Source: the human T2T-CHM13v2.0 reference genome, Homo sapiens. Taken from it: a stretch of DNA of 64,000 nucleotides. The first letter of the stretch is position 1. Each line of letters begins with the position of its first letter. Location of the stretch: NCBI RefSeq assembly GCF_009914755.1, contig NC_060947.1. One strand, given 5' to 3'. A model generated the notes under the pieces. That model searched no databases. It saw nothing but the letters and a program-made list of their open reading frames with translations, and was not told where the DNA came from. Below, in pieces: positions 1 to 13,715 of this stretch. Both the position numbers and the translations under genes were made by a program.

Positions 1-1058
1 AGGAGGTTGGAGAACAGCAAAGATGGGTGTCTGTTCCTTCTTCTGGGATTTCTGACCTCTAAGGGAACCAACCTGATGCCAGTAGGAATGCTCCTTTATA
101 GGATGTCTGACAACCCCTGTTGGAGAGTCTCACCCATTTGGGTAGCACAGGGAACAGGACCCATTTAATGAAGCACTTTGGCTCTCCCTTGGTGGAGGGG
201 AGGTGCTGCTCAAATTTCTCAGAACTAGAGGGAGAAATGACTAAGTCTGCTGGTCCGTGGAGACTATGGCCACCCTTCCCCCCAGGGGCTCAGGCCCAGG
301 GAGATCAGAGTTCTGTCCCTGAGCCCCTGTCTGGAGTTGGAATTCCTGCAGGGAAGCACTCCCCAGTGAGGAGGGATGGGTCAGGGTCAGGCCCAAAGAG
401 GCACTGTGGTCACAGCTGCCATAGCTGATGTGTTGGGCTATGGGGAATACCCCTTGGGACCAAGCCATCCAGCCTCCTTGGCTCTAGCAGGGGTAAAGCA
501 TGGCCTGGAGCTATGGAGATGGTTGCCACCCTTCTCCCACCCCGGGAGCTTAATGGGTTACACAGCTAGCAGTCCCAGTGTTGGCTGCTGTCCCTCTCCC
601 AAGGAGCTCAGGTGGCTTAGACAGCAGGCAATTGCCCCTTTTCTGGGGAACTCAGCAGGCTTAAGCAGATTCTAGGTGAGTGGCTATTGAGTGTCTGCAC
701 AGCTCTGTGGTTGGAACCCTAGGCCCCCATGGCGTGGGCTCATGAGTGGGATCTTCTGATCCATGGGTTTCACAGTTCTGAGGAAAAAGCATGGCTTCCC
801 AGGCTGGGTAGCATGCTTACTCACTGCCTCCCTTGGCTGGGGGTTGGGGGCTCCCCTGCCCTTTATGGATCTCAGGTGGGCTGCTTCACCACACTGCTCT
901 TCCTTCCTCTCTGTGGATCACGTCAGCTGCCTAGTCAGTCCTGATGACAGAACCTGGATACCTTGGATGCCTGTGCTGGATTTGCACACTCTTTTTGTTC
1001 TTTTTGATGGGAGCCTCTGATCACTGTTGCTTCTAGTTGGCCATCTTGGTCCCACCCC
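1..1058 (-). mobile_element. LINE-1 5' UTR (older L1PA-type), continuing beyond the window start; inserted into the ORF2 endonuclease region of the next L1
   Basis: Reverse complement of 1030-1058 reads GGGGTGGGACCAAGATGGCCAACTAGAAG, the L1 5' start with the CAAGATGGCC YY1 motif; 1-1020 is GC-richer L1 5'UTR-like sequence. Confidence 0.85.
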
Positions 1059-4000
1059 TTAACATTGATTCTTTTATTGTTGTATAGTGACCATCATTGT
1101 CTTTTTTTACTGTTGCTGCTTTGAGGTCTGCTTTTGTCTGATTTAAGAAAAGTTACTACTGTTCAATTTTGGTTTCCGTTTGTGTGGAATATCTCCCCCC
1201 GCCCAACTTTTAGCTTGCGTTTATAGGAATCTTTCCAATTTGGAGAGTCTCTTGAAGACATCAGACATTTGGCTGGTAGTTTTTTATCTATTCTGTGATT
1301 CTATATCTCTAAAGTGAAGCATTTTGGCCATTTAGGTTCAATGTAAATATTGAGATGTGAAGTACTGTTCTCTTTATCATGTTAATTGTTACTTAGATGT
1401 TTTTTAAATTGTATTTTTGTTTTATATGCCCTGTGAGTTTTAAGCTTTCAAGAGGTTCTATTTTGGTGCAGATCAGGCTTTTGTTTCAAGATCTAGAACT
1501 CCTCTTACCATATCTTGTAGTGCTGGTTTGGTAGTGACAAATTCCCTCAGCATTTGTCTGAAAATAAATTTATTTCTCTTTCATTTATGAAACTTATTTT
1601 TTGGTGGATACAAAATTCTTGGCTGACAGTTGTTCAGTTTAAAAAGGTTGAAAATAGAACCCCAATCCCTTCTGGCTTGTGAAGCTTCTGCTGAGAAGTC
1701 TTTTGTTATTCTCATAGGTTTTCCTTTGTAGGTTACCTGATGCTTTTGCCTTACTTCTCTTAGAATTATTTTCTTCATGTTGACTTTAGATAGCCTGATG
1801 AATATATGCCTTGGTTAAAATCTTTTTGCAATAAATTTCTCACGAGTTATTTGAGCTTCTTAAATTTGGATATCTAGGTCTCTATCCAGACCAGGAAAGC
1901 TTTCCTCATTTATTTCCTCAAATAAGTTTTTCAGATTTTGTTTCCCTTCTCCTTCAGGAACACCAGTTATTTTTAGATTTGGCTGTTTTACATAATTCCA
2001 TGTTTATTGGAGATTTTGCTCACTGATTTTGATTTTTAAAAATTTTTGTCAGATTGGGTTAATTCAATAGCCTTGTCTTTGAGCTCTGAAATTATTTTTT
2101 CTACTTGTTCTAGTTTATTGTTAAAACTTTCCACTGCATTTTGTAATTCCCTAAGTGTGTGCTTTATTTCCAGAAATTCTGACTGTTTTTTCTTTATTAT
2201 ATCTATCAGTCTGGAAAGATTTTATTCATATCCTGAACTGCTTTTTAAATTTTCTTATGATGATTTTCACCTTTCTCTGATATCTCATTGAGTAGCTTAA
2301 TAATCAACCTTCTGAATTCCTAATCTGGTATTTCAAATATTTCATCTTGTTTTGAATTCATTGCTGGATAGCTAGTGTGATCTTTTGGGGGCGTTATAGA
2401 ATCCTGTTTTGTCCTACTACCAGAGTTATTTTTCTGGTTCCTTCTTAGTTGGGTAAGCTATTTCTTCTAAATATTCTGGAATTTATGTTTGATTTGACTG
2501 TTTCTTTTTTGTTTATTTTTTAATTTATTTTTTCCCCTTAAGAATGTGGCTTTAATGCTTATAGTTAATAATAGCTTAATTCAGTTCTTGGTGCTTTCAA
2601 GGGTGAAGACTCTGTAAGAGTTCCTTGGTTATAGAGAGTCTTTGTTTGGTGGTGATATACTTTGAATCTGTGTTCCTACCCAAATCTCATGTTCAATTGT
2701 AATCCTCAAGGTTGGAGATGGAGCCTGGTGGGAAGTGATTGGATCATGGGGTCAGTTTCTCATGATTTAATACCATCTTCCTTTGTGCTGCCGTTGTGAC
2801 AGTGAGTTCTCATGAGATCTGGTCATTTAAAAGTGTGTGGCATCTCCCCCCTCTCTCTACCTCCTTCTCCAGCCATGTGAAACATCATGCTCCTTATTTG
2901 CCTTCTGCCATGATTGGAGGCTTCCTGAGGCCTCCCCAGAAGTAGAAGCCACTATGTGTTCTGTACAGCCGGCAGCACTGTGAGCCAATTAAACCGTTTT
3001 TCTTTATAAATTACCCAGTCTCAGGTATTTATAGCAGTGCAAGAATAGACTAATGCAGGTGGTTTTCTCATATGCTGGTTGTCGTAGCAATGTGCTCATT
3101 GTGTGAACAAGTTTACTGCTTCATATGGGGTGGGGATGGTAAAGGGCTCTTGAAGCCTGTCTCATTCCCCTGTGGCATGCTTTATTTATTTATTTACTTA
3201 TTTATTTATGTATTATTTATTTATATTTCCCCAGTATTTCATTTAATGATTTGATGGTTCAGGCTTCAGGCCAGTATGGTAGGTGTCCCTGGGTAGAAAG
3301 TGGCTGTGGCTAAAGCCGGTGGGTAAGTGCAATACCCCATGGTGGGCAGAGGTTCTAGCCTTGACAGAAGTGGCTGGAAAAACTCTCAGTGAGTCACAGT
3401 GAGGTCTTATTAGGGGCAAAGGTTGGAGTCAACTCAGTTTCCCTGCCAAGTAAAGAGGAAAGTTACCTACTGGTCAGATACACTCCTGTCCTAGTGCTCC
3501 AGCTATTCAGATCAGACAGTTACCTCTTTTCATCTACATGAATGTTGATGTTTCAAGTAGAGAGGAATTGTGACTCTGTCTCTCATTCAAGCCTGAACTT
3601 GGAGGATGTTCCTCCTGAAGGGATGCCGTCACCCTGATGTGTTCCAGAAAAGCTGTCTATAGTTGCACCCATGCCAGGCTTTCATGGGAGAAGCCCCAAA
3701 TGTGCTTGCAGTGTTGGACAAGGTGGGAAGGATGTCTCCTTCTCCAAGACTCTTCATGCGCACCAGAGTTGTCTGACTATTGGGTTAGACCTGAAATCTT
3801 TCCTTGCTGAGCCCAGCACTGCAATTATGACTCTATGGAAAGATACTTCCCACCAGTGGAAAGATCTAGTGCTCAAGGCCTGCCGTTCAGATTTTTTTGT
3901 CTCACGGGGTGTTCTTTTGATGTGGTGCACTCCCACTTTTCCTAGGAGTGGGAGTCCCTGGGGGCCAGACTATTGTGAATGTTGTCGCTCCTTTGGGTCT

Positions 4001-5558
4001 AGCTGCCCAGTGAAGTTTCCATACTTCAGGGTGGTGCTGGGAAATGTCTGCAGTGGATCTGGTGATGTGATCTGTCCTCACGTCTTCCAGTAATGGGTGG
4101 CAGCACCAGCTCTAATGAGAACGGCAGGGGAGTAATGTAGACTCTGAGATTACTTGGCTGTTGAGACCCTTAGTATGTTGGCTTTCATGATGGCCAGTTA
4201 CAGTAGTAATAAACTGGTCATGTGGACAGACTCAGGAGCTCCTGGTTAGCCAGAGTGATGCAGGAAGTGGTGATAGCTGAGATTGTGCAGCCATTTTCTC
4301 CTTCCTGGGAGCAGTATTATTCTACCAAGAGATGTTGTAATGACCTGTGTTGGTTGGCCTCCAGCCAGGAGGTGGTACTTGCAAAACAGCACTAGCTGCA
4401 GTAGTAGTAGCGGGAGTTTTGCTTGCCTTATGTTGCCCAGGGTGGATACTCTGGTTTCTCAGGCAATGAGCAGGGCCTTATATAGTTCTTTCATATAGCT
4501 CTTAAGAGTTTCTGTCCTTTGTGTTAAGCTACCAGGGCAGATGGCAGGGCAAAATTAGGTGGGGGCTTGGTCAGGTAAGTTTGTGCTCTGAGTCTCCATG
4601 TGCAGGGCAAGCAGTAGCCCTTGTGGATGTCAGGTGATGGAAGCAGTTCTCAGGCCACTCAGTTGATGTTCCAGAGGGGAGTGTTGCTGCCTCTGCTGTG
4701 CAGAACAGTTCACACAGGGAATAGGGAGTAGCAGGCGGTGGTAAGCTGCACACAAATTCCACACACTTGGAAAATTATATCCACTCCTGCAGTGTTCCAC
4801 TGGTAGCAGTGGGCTAAGTTCTGGACATCTTGCACTCAGAACTCACAACTGCTCTGAGTCATAAGCTTCTCCACGGAGATAGCAACCACAGCTTTCAGGC
4901 CATGCCTTTCCCTGTTCACTACAAAGCCAGGTGCCTGACTTCTGCACTTGTGGCTCCTGTACTCACAGATGCAGCCTGCTTTTCACTCTCTCTCACCCCG
5001 GCCCTGGCCGAAGGAGTTCATCATCCCCATCCAAGGTTATATCATAAAACCTACTTGGGAGCTTCTTTCAACCCGTGACCACTGCCTAAACTATTTGGCT
5101 GTCCTCCACAGGGTTCCCTGTGAGAAACAGTAAGGAATGGTTTCCCTCAGTCCACGCTGGAAACTGGGAGTGCATGCAAGGGTCTTCCTGCCACTGTTTC
5201 TACTTTTATATTCCAAGATAGTCCATAAGTCTATTACTGTGCTGGATAGGGTTAGGGCCTTTCCTGTGGCTTGGACTTTTAAGATCCTCGGTGGGGGGAG
5301 GGGGGCGGGGGAGTGGGGGTGTCCCAGAGGCTGTGCCTCCCCCTCACACTCTGGGGACTCACAGCCTTTTGCCTGACTCACTGTGTAGGTTGCAGCCTCC
5401 TACTTCCTTCAAAGGATCTGTAGATTCCTTTGGTTTTCCTGTTCAGTTCCTGCATCACTTTTTGAAAAAAGTTCACAGTGTGAATCTCTAGACACTGTTT
5501 TGTCCTTCTAAGTGGGAGAGGTATGTTAGCAATGCCTGTAATCTACCATCTTGGAAAC
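1059..5558 (-). mobile_element. Old LINE-1 (L1PB/L1PBa-like): ORF2 N-terminus, ORF1 and long 5' UTR; interrupted by an MST LTR
   Basis: ORF 1581..1778(-) gives ILREVRQKHQVTYKGKPMRITKDFSAEASQARRDWGSIF (ORF1p C-terminal half). 1060-1400 is antisense EN-domain sequence. 5' start CCAAGATGGTAGA on minus strand at ~5542-5554. Confidence 0.85.
2653..3057 (+). mobile_element. MaLR solo LTR (MSTA/MSTB-like)
   Basis: Starts TGATATACTTTGAATCTGTG..CCCAAATCTCATG, ends CCCAGTCTCAGGTATTT..GACTAATGCA; exact 5-bp TSD GGTGG at 2648-2652 and 3058-3062. Confidence 0.92.
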
Positions 5559-7119
5559 AAAAAACAAATGATATAGTTTTAAAAGTAGAATATATTTTGT
5601 CCCTGTTTTCTGAGTTTTTCATAACACCCTGCATATATTGCAATTTATCCCTTTCCCTTTGAATTCCTACTAATGGTTTCCTAACTTAATTTCTCCATTC
5701 ACAAAATTCTGGGTTTCATAACTCTTGAGACTGGGACCCTAAGGAAACAGAATCCAAGGAAGATGAAGTACTCTCACCTTGGATTGAGCAGCTAGGCTAA
5801 GGAAGCTGAAGGAAGTCAAGGTAATAAATAGAGCTAGAAAATGTATCCACTCTGACTTAGGGCTGAACCACTATCTTCTTTGGGGATTCTAAGGAGAACA
5901 CACAGTTCTGCATCCCTCATTTCCAACACAGGAAACACTCTCCTTTTCCAAAGCTGTACACCTGTTGGCAGGTTCTTCTCCAAGTTTTTCCAATACCCTA
6001 TCACCGTTTTCCCCATACCGTTCTAGAGTATCACCTTATAAGAAATTATATTATTTAGCCACCTCGGATTCAAGGCTTCTAGTATCACTATGTGTGAACA
6101 CACAATCTGGCAAGGATTAGTGTTTCTATAAATGACCTGAGACTACCTGTAAGACCTAAAAACCCTTCTGAACCACCAAAGGAAGATATACTGAAATTAA
6201 CTGAAAGAGAATTTAAGTACATGATTGTTGAGTCTTAAACTGTATTATGTGACTTGAATTGTGCTCAAATTTTTTTAATGCTGCTAAACCCTCTGTGTTT
6301 CCATGGTAAATGTATAGAATACTCAGCCAAAACATTCATTCTGGTGCCCGCTGAAAGACCAAGGATGGGCTGTATTAGATTTGTCTACTGTAACAATCTG
6401 TCACTAAATAATATTGGGCTTGATAGCAACTTGCTGTTACAGTATATACTAAACAGAGGAATGCCTTCCTTGGAACAGAAGGTGGGATATTATTACATGT
6501 GCTATTACAAAGGTATGTTTACTCAGTGGCTTTTAATATCTCTGTGGGTAAACTTAGGTTTTCAAATAATGTTCTACTGAAGCCTCCCTTAGAAAAGAAG
6601 TCTGCTACATAAGTATATGCACAGGCATCTCTTGAGGATTGGGCCATAGCTAATCTTTGCCCTCCACACAATTATCTTATCCCATCCCGATTATCCAGCT
6701 TAATTTCCCACAGCTACCCAACAAAAGGTCTTGATTTCATTCAGGTTTACTATTGCCAATATTTTTGTGTCCATTCCTATTTTCACTCATATTGTTCTTT
6801 CTGCCTGTGATGCCCTTGCTTTTTCTTCTCTCTATCCAGCCAAATCATAGTAATTTTTCACAGCCCTTTCAAGATGTCTCTTACAAGAAGTCCTCCCTGA
6901 CTTCTATTGCCTTCACATATACTATTCCCTCTCAGTGAAACATACTTTTTTTTTTTACAATCCTTATTCTCTGATTTGCTTGTGTTGGCATACATTTTTC
7001 ACCTCAGGGAGACCCTCTCTGCCATATTAGAAATCAGCGTTTCTTAAAAGTGGAGCAGTGGGTTATTTTGGAGTAAAGTATTTAATATACAGACATGTGT
7101 GGACTCCTACAGCTATTTT

Positions 7120-10100
7120 TTAAATTAAATTATAGTTTAATGTCACCGTCAGTGAACATATTCAATAGGATTTGAATCATTTAAAATTTGTTGAGACTTG
7201 CTTTATGGCCTATCATGTAGTCTACTTGGGAGGTGTTCCATGTGCACTTGGAAATAATGTGAATGCTATAGTTTTTCAATTTGGTGTTCTAGAAATGTCA
7301 ATTAGGTCATTTTTGTTAATTGTCACAGCAGATGCTGCTAGTACCTCATCCATATTCTTGACACTATCACATGCTCTGCTTTATTGGTAATTTGAAGTAA
7401 CTCTGTGCCTGAGGGCTTTTTATAGAAAGATAGAAGTTTATGCTATCCGTGTTCACATGGCAGACCAGAAGTGCTGGAGAATGTATACCTTTAGGGAACA
7501 GCCCTTAACTGATTTATACACCTCTTGGAAGCAGGTGTATAAATATTCTATGTCTATTAGCTTTTGTCCCTCCCTTGGTTGGTATAATACTGAGAAAGCT
7601 GTATTGTTTGTTTGTTTGTTTGTTTGTTTGTTTGTTTTTTACCATTTTCTCAGAGGTTATTCACAAAATAAGCTCTTTTGCCCATAGGAGCACACAGCAG
7701 TAACTGACTCCTCTTTTCTTTAAAAATTCCTCAGTCACCTACTGATATTCCCTGGATCTCCCAAATCAATTACTGCTATTTAAATTCTTGCCTCCAGATC
7801 TGCTTCTGAAAAAGCAGGAAAGCCCAAATGAAAAACAATTTGTTTATAACTTTTGCATTCTCATGAGACTTTCTGTCTGCTTGTTTTGTCACTTAGTGAG
7901 AGAGGTGTGTTAAAATGTCTCCCAATCTGATTATGAGTTTGTATATTTCTCCTTTCCTGCTAATGTGTGCTTTATATATTTTTAAACTATATTATTAAGT
8001 GCATGCAGATTTAGAATTATTTCTTCCTATTGAGTTGTCTTTTTATCATTATTAAATTTGCCTCTTTGTCTCCTTCCAGCTCTATTTTCTTACCTTAAAT
8101 TCTCCGATATTTAGTATGGTTAGATTAGCTTCCTTTGGGTTAGTCGTATGCATGATGTATTTTGTCCACCCTGTTAATGTCAAGTTTTATATTTTCCTAT
8201 ATTTAAGTATGTCACTGGTACACAGCATATATTTGGCTTTTATTTTCATATTTAGCTGACAATATTTGTCTTTTATTTGGAGTCGTTAGTCATTTTTATT
8301 TAATGTAATTACTGATATTTGTGGGTTTATATCTACTTTCTTTTGGACTAGGTTGTTTATATTTGTCTCTTTTTCTTTGCATTCTTTTGGATTAATCAAG
8401 TGTTTTTAATTCTATTATTTATTTTGTTGCCTCGCTGGTAATAAACTGTTTTCATGTTGTTTCATGATTACCCTGAAGATTACAACATGCATTTTTTCTC
8501 ATTAAAATGTAATAGACATTAGTGTCTTTACTACTCTCCAAATAATGCACGAATCTTCTAATACTTTACTTCACCTTCTTCTTATGTTTTGTGCTATTGT
8601 TGCCAAGAATTTTGATTCTACACATTTATAAAGTCATGCAATTCAACAATATTATTGCTTTAAATGGTTACTATCCATTTAAATTTACCCTTTCAGGAGT
8701 TATTCATTATTTTTTCATCACTGTAGTTCTACTTTAAATTATTTCACTCTCATAAATATTTATTTTTTGGTATGCCTTTTATTGTAGATTAGATAGTAAT
8801 TAAATATTTCAGCTTTTATTTATCTAAAGATGTTTTATTTTGTTTGCATGTATGAAGGATATTTTCACTGTAAGTTGAATGATGAGTTTACATTAATTTG
8901 CTTTCAGTCCTTTAAATAAGTCACATTTTATTCTTTCTTCAGTCCTTCCTGTGGAAAAAATCAGCTGTTAGCCTTATCAGTGTTCTTTTAAAGTATATAG
9001 CTCGTTTATTATTCATTCGACTGATTTTAACGTTTTCTTTGGTTTTCAGAAGATTTACCATGATGTGCTTTGTGTGTGTGCACATACATGTATGTGTGCG
9101 TGTGTGTGCTCACACACATAGATGGTCTCTTATCTATGGTCGATAGAATTAATCAATTTTGGAAAATTATTGGCTGATATTATTCCAAATAATCTTCTGA
9201 TATATTCCCTTATCTTTTTCATGGATTCCAGTTATACATATAATGTGCTGTTTATATTTTTCATCCTATTTTTCTCTAAGCTTAATTCTCTACATTTTCT
9301 ACTGACTTACCCTCCAGTTGACTATTGATCTATTCTACACTGTCTGCTCTGTTGTTAAACCAATCAAATTCTTAATTTGAGTTGTTTTATTTTTTAATTT
9401 TAGGATTTTCATTTAATTATTTTGGTCATGTATTAAATTGTCCATCTTTTTGTCTATATTCTTGAAGATATTCCATATAGTTATTTATATGTCTGTGTCT
9501 GATAACTTCAATATCTGGACCACCAATAGGTCTGTTTCTATTGGCTGACCTTTCTCTTAGGTTTCAGTCAGTTTGTCTCATTTCATACCATTCCTGTCAG
9601 TTATTTATTATTTATTGATATGGACATCATGCACAAACAATTGTAAAGTCTCTGGATCCTACTATTTTTACTTGGAGAGGAGTTACTTTTCTTCTTGCAG
9701 GAGGACAGAATATGGTCAAATCACTTGGATCCTATTGAAGTTGGTCTGTTTACATTTTGTCCTTTCTCTTAGATGTATCCCTTTCAGGGTCTTACCAGCA
9801 GGCTTTTGTCATTTACCAGGGTGTTTCTTCCTTTGTAGGTTCTGAAATCTAATTTTTTTCTTCTCTGCACCATGGCACTGATGAAGTCTCTGCTTAGCCT
9901 TTTATCTATTACAGGTACATTTAGTTTGGGTTCCCAAAATAATCCTCCATACCAGTGCAGCTTGGAACTAATAAAAATGCTTCAGCAGAAAATTGTGTGC
10001 AGAATGTTGGCCTTGCTTCTCTTTGGTTCCCTTTTCTCTGGAGTTTTGGCCCTTAAATAATAGCATTTTTGGTAGACCTGAACTCTAATATTTGTATTTT

Positions 10101-10430
10101 AAGCCCAGTGAGACTACTGTAAAGCTCAAGAAATCTGCAATCTGTTAGTTTTCATGTTCCTTGCCAGAATTGACAAATGTTTCAAGAGGGAAAATATCCA
10201 CGATTTAAGGGTTACTCCAATGTGTCGTTATGTCTTTGAGAATAATGTTTGAGGTATTAGATGACTTGAGTACTCTCTGATACCTTTAGCCAGGTCTCTT
10301 TGTGTTTTATACACTCCAAAATTCCTCCATGTTCTCTTTGAACTTGACCCCTGAAGTCTTGGCTCCCTTAGGGGTTTTCTTACTTTATATCATTACAATT
10401 GTTTTGGTAGAAAGTGTTGTCTAATACCTG
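7120..10430 (-). mobile_element. Ancient L1M (L1ME-like) ORF2 5' part, ORF1 and 5' region, heavily decayed; interrupted by an LTR16-like LTR
   Basis: Antisense L1 motifs TTTGTTGAGACTTGCTTTATGGCCTA (7187), GAGAGAGGTGTGTTAAAATGTCTCCC (~7898), TTTTGGAAAATTATTGGC (~9157). Edges approximate. Confidence 0.7.
7321..7837 (+). mobile_element. ERVL LTR16-like solo LTR
   Basis: Begins TGTCACAGCAGATGCTG and ends AAATTCTTGCCTCCAGATCTGCTTCTG..CCCAAATGAAAAACA, resembling LTR16-family termini; L1M sequence resumes on both sides. No clean TSD. Confidence 0.6.
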
Positions 10431-10449
10431 CTACTTAACCTAAATGAGA

Positions 10450-11830
10450 AATAGACTTTTGATGCTTTTATTATTAAGACTCTTCTTATTGCTTATAGAA
10501 GTATAGGTTAACAACTATTTTTTAGAACTTCGAAAATGTCATTACATTTTTCTATTGTTATTAATAGTCATATTGTTGCTTCTTTGATGCTAATGTTTTT
10601 TCTCTGCTGGATTTAATATTTTCCTGTTTTTCAATAGTTCCCTTATGATGTGCCTTGATGTTGTTTTATTTGTATTCATATTCTTGGGGTTTATAGTTCT
10701 TGAATCTGTGGTTCAATGTCTTTTATCAGTTTTGGAAAATTTCAGCAACTATATCTTTAATACTATTTCTGCCCAATTTTCTTTCACTTCTCCAATCAAA
10801 TTTAATATTTGGTTATGTTATATTTTGTATTTACATTTCTAATACCACAATTGTGGATACAAGCGCAAAGGCAAGAAATTCAGCAGATATGGCACATTCG
10901 TCCTATCAGGAGGCCCAACAAATACCCAAGAATATACAGATTGTGTGGGTCTTTCATTCATATAGAGCACGTACAGCTGCCAGATGAGAGTCAAGATGTG
11001 TGTGGATCACTTTGAAACAAAGATATCTTAGCTTTAGTTTTTCATAATTGAATATTATTCTGTTCATATAGGCCCAAGCCCTAGTTGCCAACTCATAGCT
11101 TCTCCAACCTAAGTGCAGTCTCACAAAGCAAACAAGGCAGATACAGACACATTTACATTTACACAAATCTGTAATTTCCAAGGCTCAGGCCCAACGTTAA
11201 GCCTTTATTCACATTAATCTATTTTTGTTTCTCTATGCTTCAAGATGAATATTATTTTCTGATTAATCTCCAATTAATTCTTTTTTTCATTTGCATCCAC
11301 CTTGCTGTTTAACCTATTTTTTTATTTACTTTTAGTTAGCTTATTTCCAAATTCTGGAATTTAACATATGATTCTTAATTTTTAGTGTCTAGTCCTCTAC
11401 CAATGTTTTTCTTTAATTTTTTTACTGTAATAGTTACAGCTATTCTATAGTACTTGTCTGATAACTCCATATATGAATCTGTTTTTAGCGTATTTTTTCT
11501 TTATTTTGTTAACTCTTTTTTTGTATATAGTTGGTTATATTTTATTAAAAGCTAAAGAGTTACATATAAAATGTAGATAAGTTTGAGGTTCTAGATGATG
11601 TTATCTTTCTTTAGAGTTGATTTAATTCTGAATCCAGTAAACAGCTAGATGAGGGCACTCACAATTCCAGATTTCCTTAACTGAGTGAGGGTTTGAGTGT
11701 CCTTACAAGCGTTCGCCTACTGAAGTTTATTGTTAATCTGGAGTGTAGCCCTTTAGCCTCTCAAATGAAAATCTGAGGTGTTTAAGAAGAACCTTCCCTT
11801 TTTATGAACTCTGAACACTAATTTGTAGTT
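10450..11830 (-). mobile_element. Second ancient L1M/HAL1-like ORF1 plus 5' region block, split by an unassigned insert at ~10830-11210
   Basis: ATGATGTGCCTTGATGTTG..TTTTATCAGTTTTGGAAAATTTCAGC parallels the 9058-9170 segment; L1M-like sequence resumes at ~11215 (TTTCTCTATGCTTCAAG). Confidence 0.6.
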
Positions 11831-11846
11831 TTTCAGTGTGCGTTTA

Positions 11847-11873
<27 letters not shown>
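11847..11873. repeat. (TG)13 microsatellite
   Basis: Directly visible. Confidence 0.95.
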
Positions 11874-11877
<4 letters not shown>

Positions 11878-12709
11878 AGACATATATGTGTGTAGTGTAT
11901 ATTACATTGCATTTGTAATGTTACAATGTTAATTTTTATATTTTATCTATATATTCTAGGTGTCCTCAATAGACGGATTGTTCTGAAAGTAACTAGTCAT
12001 TTCTACCAAAGACCAATAAAGTGAAACTACACAGAAGTTGCAGACAAATCTGGACTGCAAATAGAATTCAGGATGAATAAAAAATATATTTCACAAAACC
12101 TACTTATATCATGGAGTTATCATAGTCAAATATTTATAAATATTTTATTATATGAAGGTGTTTATATTTTGAAAATATTGGTTGATGAATGGTGTGTCCT
12201 ACTTTAAACACTATTTTTAATGTTTCCATTTGACTATTTTCACATAATTACCCTTTTTTTTTAGTGCATGTGTGAGTGAGAAAATATGCTTATCCATTAG
12301 TCAATGATGGGGCAACTTTTATATGCAAAACGCATTGCTAGATATGCCTCTAAATTTACTATTCCTATAGGACATCCAGCCATTTGGAGCATGATCCCAA
12401 AGGCTAGGAACAATTAAAATAAGTGGCTAAGTATCTAGGAGAGAATAAACAGATTTACAAGTGCTAATTTTATAAAATTCAATGCAAAAAGTAATAGCAA
12501 GTGACATAGCTGATCAAAGATTAGGGTATCATTTTATTTTCATGTAGTAGTTCAAAGCTGGCCCACCTGAGGATTTTCCTCCTTACTACAGCCTTATTAG
12601 ACCAGTGCTATGCCAGCTAGCACATTCAAATATGCTACTTGTAGCTCCATTATGAGAATTGGAAGCAGAAAATTTAATGAAGAGGAGACAGTCACCCTGA
12701 CGTCATTAC

Positions 12710-12810
12710 TTTATTTATTCAACATATGTGTATTGAGTGCCTATTATGACCCAGGATTTCTTTGATGTGCTATGGGTAGAAACACATGACCCTGCTTCCA
12801 TGTTACCAAA
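12710..12810 (-). mobile_element. L2 3' end fragment
   Basis: TTATTCAACATATGTGTATTGAGTGCCTATTATG is the typical reverse-complement L2 tail. Confidence 0.65.
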
Positions 12811-13409
12811 ATATAACAAAATAATAAAAAATATAAGAATAGACAAGATTTTCATAGAGTACAGGCTGGGTAAAAAAGAAAGTGAGGCTAAGAGTAGTTT
12901 GATTATCTGGCAGAAAACATGGGGGTCAACAAACAAAGCAATTATGAGACTAAATAGAGTTGGTTAGATTGAAATGATGGTACAAAAGCTGGAACAAAAG
13001 GCATTTTTGGTGTATGAGTGATACTAGAGTTTTTGTTTTGAAGAAGTAGAATAGTTTCTGATAATCATTTGGTATCCAAGAAATAGCCATGGGAATGAAT
13101 GTCTTAATGTATTGATTGTGATTTTATGGAGTCAAGAAAGTTTCAGGCCAGAGTGTTGAATGCTTCAACAAATGCAAATATCGGGGTTCTATGGTCTTTA
13201 GTTGAAACATGTGGTAGTGACTGCGATACTGCTATAAGAGGACAGATGAAGATTACAGAGCAGATAGCATGAGTCACAAAGGGACAAGAGTGCTAACACA
13301 AAGATGAATAAGTAATTACCTGGAAATGGCAATACTAACAATGGACTTTCAGAAGATAGCAGCTGATTTCTGTCATATTTCCACTATATAATATCCACTT
13401 TAATATCAT

Positions 13410-13715
13410 GTTTAATAGAGGAGAAGAAATCAGAAGACCATAATTTTAATCTCATGTCTGCCATCTATTACTGTCACAATTGGAGTGACCATAAAATTTG
13501 TAATCAAAACTGGGTAACGTTGGAGAATGAAGCAGGATGCTGTTGAAAATTATACTAAGAAAGCAGATGTAACTTGGAACTGGCCAGGGCAAAAAAGAAA
13601 ACATATGGTCACCATATGGGCAATTCATATTTTTTCATCTGTAAAGTGTGGAGAATATTCACTTTAAGACAACTATGTGAAAGTACCTAAGCCATTAGTG
13701 AGTGTTAAATTAATG
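13410..13715 (+). mobile_element. MIR SINE, split by MER94
   Basis: TCTGCCATCTATTACTGT ... TGGGCAATT..TTTTCATCTGTAAAGTG MIR core on either side of MER94. Confidence 0.55.
13481..13616 (+). mobile_element. MER94-like hAT-Blackjack MITE
   Basis: ~135 bp with terminal inverted repeats TGGAGTGACCATA ... TATGGTCACCATA; interior resembles MER94. Confidence 0.75.
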
